A stretch of 63,149 bases of DNA, the filler included, from Octopus bimaculoides (lineage: Eukaryota), in assembly GCF_001194135.2 (NCBI RefSeq). It is 6 parts of 5 records of this genome, joined end to end, with 100 filler letters (N's around TTAATTAATTAA, not from the genome) between each part and the next. Parts side by side here need not be neighbours in the genome. Positions count along the whole stretch, not along the records: positions 1 to 26,472 come from NC_068989.1; 5 more parts are not named here. One strand, given 5' to 3'. Shown here in pieces: positions 12,200 through 23,795 of the stretch (position 1 is its first letter; every line of letters begins with the position of its first letter). A program made the translations under genes and the position numbers. The notes below the pieces were generated by a model. It was not told the DNA's origin, made no database searches, and was given only the letters and a program-made list of their open reading frames with translations.

Positions 12200-12560
12200 A
12201 TGGAGCTTGGCATCCTGAGCTCAGTTTTTGTCATATCTCCTTCTACTTGGTCAAAAAAAAAAGACATTTGACCTCCCTTCACCCAAATATCAGCTTGGCA
12301 CAGACCAGTGCAGTCTTATCTCTAACACACAAAGGCTCATCTGATGTTCTCTCTTTCTTTGGGGGATTATACACTGACATTAGACATCCAACAGAGCATG
12401 CTTGCCGCCTCATCTTTTTTTCTGCTTTCAGCCTTCACACATTCTGTGCATTGTGTGTGATGTTGCACACAAGGCTCCTGACATCTGTACTTGATTTCAA
12501 AGGAATCCTTTACTGCCAAGAAAGGTAACAGTTCTCCAAACCTTCCATGCCCACCTCCTC
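12200..12560 (-). mobile_element. Degenerate RTE LINE 3' ORF fragment
   Basis: Minus-strand ASMLCWMSNVSV and RLHW remnants, homologous to 5800-5940. Confidence 0.6.
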
Positions 12561-12814
12561 CTAATTCTGGCTAATTACACTTGCACAACCACCATTTCTG
12601 ATGTTGATTTTTATACCACCGGAGACACCAACCCTATACTGATGCACATTAAGAGTCCCAAAGGATTAAACTGAGCAGAAAAGATGACAGACTGGGTTTG
12701 TTATAACAAAGAATACATTTAATAATTATCTCTCTACACTTATAAGAAATGCTTGCATTTTTCTTTTTCTTTAAAGATGTAACAAACTAAAATATTCTAA
12801 TGTTGGCACAAGGC

Positions 12815-13005
12815 CAGCAATTTTCAGGGGAGGGGGGTAGTTGATTACATTGACCCCCAGTGCTCAACTGGTACCTATTTCACCAACCCCAAAAGGATGA
12901 AAAGTAAAGTCAGCCAAGGAAGAATTTGGACTCAAATGTAAAGAGCTAGAAGACAAAATGCCACTAGGCATTTTGTCCAACCTGCTAATGGTTCTGCCAG
13001 ATTAC
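12815..13005 (-). mobile_element. tRNA-derived SINE (family also at 43195, 56140, 57470)
   Basis: gattacattgacccccagtgctcaactggtac...ccccaaaaggatgaaaagtaaagtc matches the other copies. Confidence 0.65.
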
Positions 13006-15923
13006 AGTTCACAACCTTCAATGCAAAGTGGGGTTACCTTGGTATAAGATCTAACATGCTTCAGAGTATATATATATAAATCTTGATTAAACATTTTTTA
13101 TTCCACTACTTTGTGAAAAATGAATTTTTTGTAGTTTGTTTATTATTTTGGATTCCTGAAAATGAGATTATTAAAATTGTGAAAAAGTAAAAGAAAAAAG
13201 AGAGGTAATAGTAAAGAAGAGAGAAAGATAAAGTGAGAGCAAGATAAAGGGCTTCTTTATAAAGTTTATTCCTTTGAATTACATTGATATAAAGAAACAC
13301 AGTTTTGAAATGTCATTTTTAAGAGTTAACTTCTAAATAATAAATGTAGAGAAACCAATATATTTGATCAGTGGCAGATAAATATGGGAGAATATTCCTC
13401 TCTGAAGATCGTAACAGATGAAGATGACAAGGAGGATTCCACTTGAAAAATTTCCAACCACAACAATCAAAACTAAAGAATATTTTTTAGTAACAGACCT
13501 TGAAAACTACCGTTCCAAATTGCAAAGTCAATGGATATGAAAAGGAACCAATGAACACTACCACCACCAATGACAGAGATAAGAGTTGTAGTAGTAGTAG
13601 TAGTAGTAGCCATAATAATAATAATGATAATTGTAGCAGTACTAATTGTTACAGTAATCAGAAAAGCATAAGGTTAAAAGCCAATAAGTTAAATAAAACA
13701 AACTTCATGAATGACATTTATAGAGAGGATGAAATATGAATGACAGTGAAAATGTTTGACAGCAACGAATAGGAAAAGAAACAACACAACAAAGAAAAAT
13801 ATTAAGAAAAAAAACAAAGGTGAGTTGTGTTTCTAAATAGATTTTTTTCTCTCTCTCTGATAAATTCTAATATTAATAATCAAAATACAAAGATGGTTAT
13901 ATGCTAATTACCTAGATGCTTAAAATGTAAGAAAAACATGAAAATTAGGGAGCAGAGTTTGGTGGACCACAAAGTGTGATAATCTTCCATAGAACGACTC
14001 TGGCTTCTCCAGCTGCACACAAAAATAACCATGGATATCACACAATTATTATACAATGTATAAGCATTAGCGTTATTAAGTGTACATCTCAGGCTCAGCT
14101 TATATATGTGTGTATGTTATATATATATATATGTGTGTGTGTATGTATGTATATATTGCATTTCTATGAATATATTCTACAATATGATATGGCTTAACAA
14201 CACATTATGATGACAAAACTATTCATGGATGCTCAGAACTTTTGACTTTATAGCCATTCCATTATCATTGGAATTTCTGATTAAATTTGTCTATACATAC
14301 ATACATACAGATACATACGCACACACACACACACACACACATATATATAAGTGTGTGCACATATATATATATATATATTGAAAACTTTAATGAACATTCT
14401 GAGCAAATTATTTCAGTTCTATAGCCTTAGATCAGAAAAAGATACACTTCAAAATAATGGAAATGAAAGCTAAAATGAAATTTGAGTGACAAGTAGATTC
14501 CTGTCACAAAACTGTGCAGACAATGTGACACAACAGAACTGATATCATTCTTGAGATGCACCAAATTCTCAATCAGGATTTTATTTGATATCTCTACAGA
14601 AACTCTTGAAATCTTGTCTGTTGCTTCCTAATCCCTAAGAATTGAAATCAAGAATTTTTACAAGGGCCCTACACTAATAAGGATATCAATAGAGAAAGTA
14701 AAGAATAAAGCTTCTCCACATTTCTCAAGTTATCTTCTGCTTGTTGTTATTGTGCATTTTTGCTAGCAAGCTGAATAAAATTTAACTTTACCATTCATTT
14801 TAATTATTTTCTGAATTTTAAACTGTGATAAATTTAGTGTGTGTGTGTGTATGTGTGTGTGTGTTTTATTAAGAAAAATAAGTAGAATCATTCTTTGCTG
14901 TCAGTGTTTTGAAGATTATGAAAGACAAAAGCAATTTTAACAAAAACTTCAAAACACATATGAACACATACAACAGTAAATCATCCAAAATACCAAACCA
15001 AAGTCTAGATTAATAATAGAAATGTTTTAAAATATTACTTTTAATTATGTAGCCATTAATGTCTATTAGATGTCTCAAGCATTTCGTTTGCTTTGTTGTT
15101 GTTTATTGTTAGAGTTGCTTATCTTTTTATAAATATTTCCAGGTTAGAAATAGATTTTTCAACTAATGTTAATTCTTATTCAAAAGGACCAATCAAATTT
15201 ACACATAAATACTCTAACTACAATTGTCATAATAATAATAATAACAACAATATTATTATTAATTATAATAATAAATGGCAAACAAAATAAAAATCAACAA
15301 TAATAATAGTGTTTATGGTGTTGATGATGATGAGGATGATGGTGATAAAGATGATTGCTGGGTTGAGCTGAAAAACAGGGAAGGACTGGATGGGACCAAG
15401 AACTAGTTATCAGTCATTGGTTTCTTTTAAGAATATTCAAAGAAGCACCGGATGGAGCCAAACATGAAAAGTGGAACTGAAATCTTCCAAAGTAGGGCTA
15501 ACTAAAGAGTAATTTGATACAAGAATACATGAGGAATAATAAAGAGATGAAGTCAGCTTGCTCTAAAGGTGATTAGAGATGGGGGTGTGGGGTGGAATCA
15601 CAACACAGTTACAGTTTTATATGTTATACAAAGCAAGCTGCTTAAAAGATATTGGGGGGAGAATGAATGCTGCAAGGTTACCAGTTGTCACCAAATAAAT
15701 AGGCTTAAAATACATTTTTGGAAAAACTAGAACAAAATGAGTTCCTTCTATCAGCAGTTATTGTTTCCACTTCATTTCAAATGAAAATTGAAATAAAATA
15801 AAATGCAAATTTAGAATTCTTTTTCTGCACCTGCAGTGTTTTTTAACTGAATTGTGGGATAGAACTAACTATATATATATGTATGTATATATTAATATAT
15901 ATATGTATGTATGTGTCTGTGTG

Positions 15924-15972
<49 letters not shown>

Positions 15973-16663
15973 TTTGCACACTAAGAAAACAAATTATTTA
16001 TAAAGGCAGGAAAAGAGCAAACACTGACGTGAATGCTCATAAGTAGCTGAGGAACAAAACTCAGCATCATTATGTTATTGAGTCTGCCAATTCAATAAGT
16101 TAGTATTGCCCTGTTTCTGATTGAGACCAAAAGGGCAAGGAGAGGAAAAAAAAACAAAACATTTTAAACAGAATAGAAGAATATTAATGTTTAAATATAT
16201 CAAATGATAAACAATCAACAGTAAACAACTATTTTCAAATGAACTCCAGCAAATTAGGTTTAAATTAAAAAAAATAAAACATGTAATCTTGACCAATCTT
16301 TTATGTCTGTGTGGGTTGTCTTCCCATTTGAAGAGAAACATTACAATGTTCCCCACTTATAATAACCAAACCTTTTCAGGAAAATGGCAAGGAATTTAAC
16401 AGGAATATTTGGGGAAAAAATAAATGGAAGTTCAGATAGAAATTAACCTTCCTTTCTCCGACACTAAAAATATCGTGATAAATCCCAAAATATCTTGTGT
16501 TTATGGCAAAATATGTAAAGAATTAAAGTAAAATTTAAAATCTCCTACACCCTGCCCACTATAAATGAACAGTAGAAATGGCATCAACTAGGGTGATGGC
16601 TCAGTGCAGAATGTAAGCAGTACAATATAACAAATAAACATATATCTGTATATACATACAGAA

Positions 16664-16698
<35 letters not shown>

Positions 16699-16939
16699 NN
16701 NNNNNNNNNNNNNNNNNNNNNNNNNNNNNNNNNNNNNNNNNNNNNNNNNNNNNNNNNNNNNNNNNNNNNNNNNNNNNNNNNNNNNNNNNNNNNNNNNNNN
16801 NNNNNNNNNNNNNNNNNNNNNNNNNNNNNNNNNNNNNNNNNNNNNNNNNNNNNNNNNNNNNNNNNNNNNNNNNNNNNNNNNNNNNNNNNNNNNNNNNNNN
16901 NNNNNNNNNNNNNNNNNNNNNNNNNNNNNNNNNNNNNNN

Positions 16940-16971
<32 letters not shown>

Positions 16972-17513
16972 ACACACATACATGAATCAAGATACAAATG
17001 TGTTCATTATTATGTATGTATGAATGTATATATATATATATTTGTGTATGTAAATGTGCCTGTAAGTGCATATGAAGATGTTTGTATTATATATTGTTAA
17101 ATGATATTCATGTGTAAATATATGCATACATGGATATATATGTGTGTATGTATGTGTTTGTGTGTATGTATGTATACACATAGATATTCATACACGTGAT
17201 TGTGTATGAAAACATATACATGTAGTTCAAGTTTATCTACAACACTGCCATAGTGAAATGGTATAAAATAGTGATGAAATGGCAGAAAACTATTTTAAGT
17301 TCACACAGGGATTTTTTTTTTTCAATAACAGAATGTTGTATTTGCTCCATAAAGAATTCTCTTTGAAATTTTTCTCCGCAACATTTTTTTTTTTTAACTT
17401 TTTTGAAATTTTTCTTCTTTCTGTAATCTATATCAAACTTTCACAACCAATCACCAGAAAATAATGATGAGCCAGGACAGTTCATGAAATGAGGGGGAAA
17501 ACAAAACTGGTAA

Positions 17514-18593
17514 TTAGTTATGACCTCTGCCAAAAAGCATGCTCTGTTGATTCGGCATCCCTCCGCTATTCAGTCTGTTTTGCGAGTAGTTTTGCACACC
17601 AAAGTTCTGCTGGTTTCCGCCGTAATAATTTGGTTGGTTGTCATTTCGTCCACCCATTCCACCACTACATCGAGAGGAAGGCCCACCTCCCATGCTACCA
17701 TTCATTACACCTACTGGATTTCGCATGAGACTGTTTACGGCATTTCCGCGCATTCCAATATTATTGCGGCAATTTGCATTACCCAGTAAACTAGGAAGTC
17801 CACTGGTTCCTCCACCTCCTCGGTTCATTCCATTACCACCGCCGCCACCTCCACCTCCGTTACCGCCACTCATCATGGACCTCCCTCTTATCTGTTGTCC
17901 CATTAATGGTGCTGCGGAATTCCCACGCATAGAGGAAACACCTCGAGGAAACCGGCCACGTCCTCCCTCAGTAAATGTGAAACCACCGTAATCGTTGGCA
18001 TAAAACTCTTCAAAATTGTGAGGATCGTAAGGTTCAATGACGCCTTTCGGAGGTGCAGCCTCCAGGAGCTGATAGATATGTCTTATACAGTCTGTGACCA
18101 CAGGTGGATGTCCAGACATCGCAACAACGCGATCTGTAGACTGGGGACAGCATAATGAGTAAATTTTGATATTGGCACCGGTTTTTTCGCGCAATTCTTT
18201 AACTTTAAAGCCAGCTCTGCCAATTATACAACCAGCTTGACTCTGATGAACCAAAATTCGCACTTCGCAATCAAAATCCTGACCGTTTTTGTATTGTTTA
18301 TATTCTTCCAATGAGGGAATGATATCCAACAAACATTCCAGGGCAGTTTCGAGGTCAGTACTGACGGTTAGGATTCTTTCCGGTCCCGAACAATCGGGGA
18401 CTGTGATATTTGCTTTGAAGTCGTTTCTTAGTCTTTTAATGTTGTTACCACCTTTGCCTATGATGGCACCGGCATTTTTACTCTGGAGTAAAACACGGAC
18501 ATCGATCCGTGTTTTACTTCCACGTGGTCTCTTCATAGCAGAGCAATCAACGTCTTCGAGAGGTCGTTTTGTCAGACCTTCTTTGTTTTCCAT
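17514..18593 (-). CDS. HNRNPK: hnRNP K-like protein, 359 aa, single-exon CDS: N-terminal KRP NLS-like motif, KH1, KH2, then G/N/M/Q-rich low-complexity tail; no KH3
   Basis: KRPLED...KRPR; VRVLLQSKNAGAIIGKGGNNIKRLR...PDCSGPERIL (KH1); DFDCEVRILVHQSQAGCIIGRAGFKVKELRE...CCPQSTDRVV (KH2); PYDP...DYGGFT. All correspond to hnRNP K-specific segments. Confidence 0.93.
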   Translation of the reverse strand: MENKEGLTKRPLEDVDCSAMKRPRGSKTRIDVRVLLQSKNAGAIIGKGGNNIKRLRNDFKANITVPDCSGPERILTVSTDLETALECLLDIIPSLEEYKQYKNGQDFDCEVRILVHQSQAGCIIGRAGFKVKELREKTGANIKIYSLCCPQSTDRVVAMSGHPPVVTDCIRHIYQLLEAAPPKGVIEPYDPHNFEEFYANDYGGFTFTEGGRGRFPRGVSSMRGNSAAPLMGQQIRGRSMMSGGNGGGGGGGGNGMNRGGGGTSGLPSLLGNANCRNNIGMRGNAVNSLMRNPVGVMNGSMGGGPSSRCSGGMGGRNDNQPNYYGGNQQNFGVQNYSQNRLNSGGMPNQQSMLFGRGHN

Positions 18594-19129
18594 ATCTCCA
18601 ACACAAAAAATTATATATCCAAGTTACCGCTGACAACGGAGTGTAATATTTTGAGGGTTGCTGATTAATAACAATTTAAGGAAATATGATATAGGACAAA
18701 GAAAAAAAAAACAAAATAAAGCAAAGCAATTTAAATAAAATATTTGACTCTGGGAAGAAATAGTAACTGTTGAAATCGGTTGAGGGGGAGAGGAAGTAAA
18801 AATGTAAAAATATGTATTGTGATAAAGTGATGTGGTTGTTATTTGAAATAAAGCAGTAAAGTTAAAGAGATGTAGGAGCGGAAGGTGTGTTCCTTCTTCT
18901 TTGATTATTGGTTTTCAAAATAATTACACAGAAATTAAAACAAAATAGAGTCTTGGTAGTGGGGTAAAATAGTGAAAGAGGAATTAGTTTTTTGAATTTT
19001 CAAAACACGTTATCTGTAAAAAGTGAATGCAGAATTGTCAGAAATAGACGTTTAAATTTGTTTGGTATAACAGGATTATTTTGAAGGTTCATAAATAACG
19101 TGACGCGTGATTAAAGACGCCAGAAATAC

Positions 19130-19215
19130 CTGTAAGTCAGTTGACAACGGCAGCAATAAACAGAAAAAGCGAATCTGTCAACAAAAAAGCCAGGATTCGT
19201 TAAGATGGCCGCCAA
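19130..19215 (-). promoter_or_regulatory. Putative TSS and non-coding first exon of the hnRNP K-like gene, with YY1-like motif
   Basis: AAGATGGCCGCC at 19202-19213 in a CpG-containing patch. Candidate donor CAG|GTATTT at 19130/19129. Candidate acceptors at 18596 (ttttttgtgttggag, 2 nt before ATG) and ~18662. Boundaries uncertain. Confidence 0.45.
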
Positions 19216-19422
19216 ACAGGCAGCTTTTCTACCTCCAGTATTAGAGATGCTTATGTTACTCCCCACACGTTGACACCACCACAAGCTTGGCACAGCACAC
19301 AACCCTCTATGCTACACATAACATTGCACACAGCATTTAGATTAAACTTTAGGTTGCACACGTTTATATTACATACTTAATATTGCATACATTTATATAT
19401 TACAGACTTTACACTGCACATA

Positions 19423-19456
<34 letters not shown>

Positions 19457-20709
19457 TAAACTTTACACTGTATACAACATTTATATTACAGATTTATATT
19501 GCAGACATCGTATAACATACATATTACCAGGATATATATCACCTGTGTTGCTAACTGCATAAAATTAATATATACAGTAGTTTGTGCACTCACTCAAAAT
19601 ATACCTATAGCTTTCATGTGTTAAAAATATAATTTACAGTACAATCGAAACAATCGTTTATAAGCATTTTTTTAATGCTGGATAATATCAAAATTATTTT
19701 TTTCTGCGATTTAAAAAGAAAAAATCTTTCTCACTCTTAATTTGTTTTTATCAGAATATAATACGAAATAATTTTTAAAAGTAAATAAAGATATTTTCAT
19801 TTTTTTTAAGTATATTATTTTGTTGCATGCAGTTTATAAACAAGAAATTAAAAAGGACTTTTATGTCAGTCAAGGAAACAAATCACCCACCATTTTATTA
19901 TTTATTTTGAAAAGCGTTTTACGATGAGAAAAACAAAATAATAGTAAATAAATCGCTGTTTCTAACAGGGGAAACGGTTTTTCACAAACGTAACAGGTAG
20001 AGTTATAGAAATATAGGCATTCTTTCGATATATATTCTATTTTGTGATCATGATATAATGCCACTGACTGGATTCGAAACTTTATACATAGCCATTGACC
20101 ACACGCCTTGGCAACCACACCCCATTTTTATATTTTTTTAAATTCTTTCGTTTCGTTTCGGAATTCCATTTCTGAATTTTGCTTGTTGCGCTCGAAAGGA
20201 CGAGTTTCCCACTGAACTGTATCAACACAAACATAAATTCACATTCACTTACACGTGAATGAAAGAAAAGACAAAGATTAAATACAAGTGGTGTGAAATA
20301 TAAAAATAGATAATTTTACATACTTATTCATGTAACTACAAGGTTAAATACTAATAGACGTGCGTCTCTCTCTAATATAGCTGATTGAGAATTTTTTCCT
20401 GCACGATGTTACCCAATCCGTAGTTGACAAGAAGTATGTGACTAACAGTCGTATTTTTCTTTGCTTTAAGAGATTTTAAAATGCTATAACATTTTCAAAA
20501 TATCTTTGGCACAGCCCAATTATTTGTCCAATTATTGCTCGCAAACTTTGAGAGATTGCATCTTTGATCTTGAAAATTGCATTTAAAAAAGTATGTTTTT
20601 ATAGATTTCAATCTGATGTCAGAGCAAAGTGCGCGACCTGGGGGACAACCAAGCGTACATGCACACACACAAAAATCTAAACACACACACACACACACAT
20701 ATATTAAGT

Positions 20710-20865
20710 AATAATCGGTGGAAGTTACAGAGGGATTGAAGGGCCGAGAGCTTCGTGTATTAGCACTTACCAAACTGGTTTTTTAATTGAATTTGAAACC
20801 AGTTTGATAAGTGCCAATGCTCGAAACTCTCGGCCCTTGAGTCACTGTTACTTCTGCCGATTATT
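20710..20865. repeat. Imperfect inverted repeat / MITE-like hairpin (~68-bp arms, ~13-nt loop)
   Basis: taatcggtggaagttacag...ccaaactggttt versus aaaccagtttg...cttctgccgatta. Confidence 0.85.
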
Positions 20866-21224
20866 AATAATTCATATATGATGGAATCTGGCGTCGAAAA
20901 CGATGTATGAGTTCAGTTTTTTTTTTTTTGAGCAACCTGCAAAAAGATTTGTTTGTAGAGATAAAATGTTTGTGTTGTGCATTAGCTCTCTCTCTCTCTC
21001 TCTTTCCATTGTATCGACTTTGCCGGAACAGGGGCTCCGTGTATCATAGGTCAGGTGTCAAAGTGATTGCAGAGCAATGGGCGATAAATGCTCAAGAACG
21101 CAACGCACCATCCAGCCTAGGAATCGAAACCCCGATCGCATGAGCAACTACCCTAACAACTAAGCCATGCACCCTCAGCAACTTGTTAAGGGCCACTGAC
21201 CAAATTTGTGGTTGGTGCAAAGTC

Positions 21225-21840
21225 CCTTTTCGACTTAAGGTGACATGGTAGTGGAATAGTGTAGCTGACAAGGTTATTAGAGAGAAGAAAAGAGCCTGGA
21301 AGGACTAGAAGTGTGGTGGTAACAGGGAACTGTATCAGACAGCCAGAAGGGAAGCTAGGAGATGGGTATATTTAGCCAGGGGAGGAGCAGTAAAGAAGCT
21401 TGCAAATATTCTGCAGCATGAGGACCAGAGGCTCGAAGTGTTTCAGATTGCAAAACAGTGTGTGAGCAAAAATTGTGGTGACATAGGAGAGAAGTGTGAC
21501 CACATAGATGATGGTTCGCTTGCAGTTAATGATTCTGCAAAGAAAGAGGTTTGGAAATGCCATTATGGAAGGCTACTAAATATAGAGAATGCATGCGAAA
21601 AGGTGAGTCTGCCTAATGTAGACCCAACTGAGGGACCAGCTATCTGAATCAACAGTAGCTTGGTAGATAAAGCAATTAAAGATATGAAGACAGGGAAAGC
21701 CNNNNNNNNNNCCCCCCCCCAGCTCATCAAGAATCAATGCTGAGATGATTAGAATATCTCGCAGAGTGGAATATGGCCTCAGAATTTTTGCATAAACTGG
21801 CATTGCAAGCAAAGTTGGTACAGAAACATCTGTAACATAT
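21225..21840 (+). mobile_element. RTE LINE fragment (inter-domain region / RT start)
   Basis: VWKCHYGRLLNIENA...VDKAIKDMKTGKA. Confidence 0.75.
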
Positions 21841-22089
21841 AAAAAAAGGGTTAAAGAATTTTCTTTATCTTCTTTCCATTGGATTATTTACTCTTTGCCA
21901 AACCCACTTTATGGTGTGAATTGGATTTTCTACACCTGAGGATTTCCAGCTTTGGCCTGGAACCCGACTGTGTTGATAGCTCAGTATTTGGGTTGAGTGC
22001 TTCTCTGGAAATACCCCAACTTTACACCCTAGCAGGACCTTATATATATCTATATGAATATGAATATTCAATGCATTTTCTGTTTCATC

Positions 22090-22640
22090 TCCATCATGTA
22101 GCATCCGTTTTCCATGCTGACAATGGTTAGACAGTTTAACTGGGATAGGTAAGCTGGAGAGCTGTACCAGGATCCAATCTGCTTTGTCTTGATTTCCCCA
22201 GCTGGATGCCCACCACTCCAAGAGTGTAGTGGGTGTCTTTTACATGGCATCAACACTGGCCATGACTACGATTTCACTTGGCTCGATGCGTCTTTTCAAG
22301 CACAGCAAATTACTCAAGGTCACAATCACCTGTTCTCACCTTTGTGAGACCCTACATCAACAGATCATGCTTCACCATCTTGTCCCATGTCTTCCTGGGT
22401 CTACTTCTTCCACAGGTACCCACCACACTTGAAGATTGGCACTTCTTTACATAGTTATCCTCGTCCATATGCATCACATGACCACACCAGTGCAGTCGTC
22501 TCCCCTGCACACTGCATCTGATATCTCTCATGTCCAATTTTCATCTCATGATGCTTACACTCTGTCATACATAAAGAAACAGTGACAGCATGACAGCAAT
22601 GTCTGTTGCTACAAACATTGTATGCTGTCACACATACACT
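22090..22640 (-). mobile_element. RTE LINE 3' end (ORF end plus 3' UTR)
   Basis: RLHWCGHVMHMDED...GRSRPRKTWDKMVKHDL followed by the family 3' UTR. Confidence 0.8.
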
Positions 22641-22712
22641 CACAATGGTCTGTATGAGTGTGTAGTAGAATGTGGAGGTTTTTTTATGGCTCTTCTGTCC
22701 TAAAATTACTTC

Positions 22713-23039
22713 CAGCGGTGTATATTTCGTTTGTCACTGTTATTTATGACATATTTCATCTCAGTTACGTTTGTATGAATAAACAAATGTATCTGAAGCA
22801 CGTTTACTTCATGGCACCACCATAATCTTTCGTGCATTTCTACTGCTTTCAGTTTTTTTTTCCTGTTTTTCAGCTACTATTTTCGGAAATACTTTTTTGC
22901 CCCCTCTCCCTCCAATTTCTTCATTTTGCACTTTTTTCCGTAACTCTAACCCTAAAACCCTAACCCCCTAAAGCTAAAACCAGTACAAACGCATGAACAA
23001 TGTCATAAATAACAGTGACAAACGAAATATACACCGCTG
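22713..23039. mobile_element. Non-autonomous element with 40-bp perfect inverted repeats and internal (TAACCC)-like repeats
   Basis: 22713-22752 is the exact reverse complement of 23000-23039. taactctaaccctaaaaccctaacccc lies at ~22941-22968. Confidence 0.75.
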
Positions 23040-23599
23040 ATAGTTGTTGTTGAGAAACAACGGCAGTAATTTTATTCAGCTGAATACACGTCATTGATTG
23101 GTTGAAATATGACAACTTTAACACGAAATAACTTTGAAAATATAAACTTTTCTCAACAACACTAAGAGTAAAAGATGTTCTATATGACACATTCTACCAG
23201 TGTCCGAAGTTTGAAAGTGTTTAGCTACAAAATTTTAATTTCTCCATCTGCCGTTGAAAGAGAAAAGATCCAAGAAATTAAATCTAATAGCTTTCCTTAA
23301 GATTTTAACATTAACAAAATTGCTTACTTTTACATAGAATTGGAAATGACGAAACTGAAAAAATAACAAGATTACCAATGGCCATTTTGTCACAAACGTT
23401 TTATTAGGAACAGTTCTTAAGAAATGTTAAAATGCTTCTGGTTAGATTTGAAAACAATAATGAAAAAAAAAAAAAGTCTTCTGTCTTTTTATGAAAAATT
23501 ATTGTTATTCTTAATAAAGGCACAAGGTTATTTTTGGTAGGGAATAAAGAGATTTAATTGAACCAAGTATATTATTGGTGGTTATTTATATTCACCAAA

Positions 23600-23795
23600 A
23601 AAAGCACCTGTGCTGGTGCCTCATAAGAAGCACCCAGTCCTCACTCTGTAAAGTGGTTGGCATTAAGAAGGGGGTCTCCAGCCATAGAGACCATTCCAGT
23701 ACAGAAGATTGGAGCCTGGTGTAGCTCTTCAGCTTGCCAGCTTCTTGTGAAACTGTCCAACCCATGCCAGCATGGAAAAACGGACATCAAATGGG
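23600..23795 (+). mobile_element. RTE 3' UTR fragment
   Basis: Matches 6570-6720 in the same orientation. Confidence 0.65.

Noticed and set aside
17638-17991. Pro-rich plus-strand ORF (and 17520-17789, 18289-18633)
   Set aside because: Antisense shadows of the Gly-rich and KH codons of the hnRNP K-like CDS.
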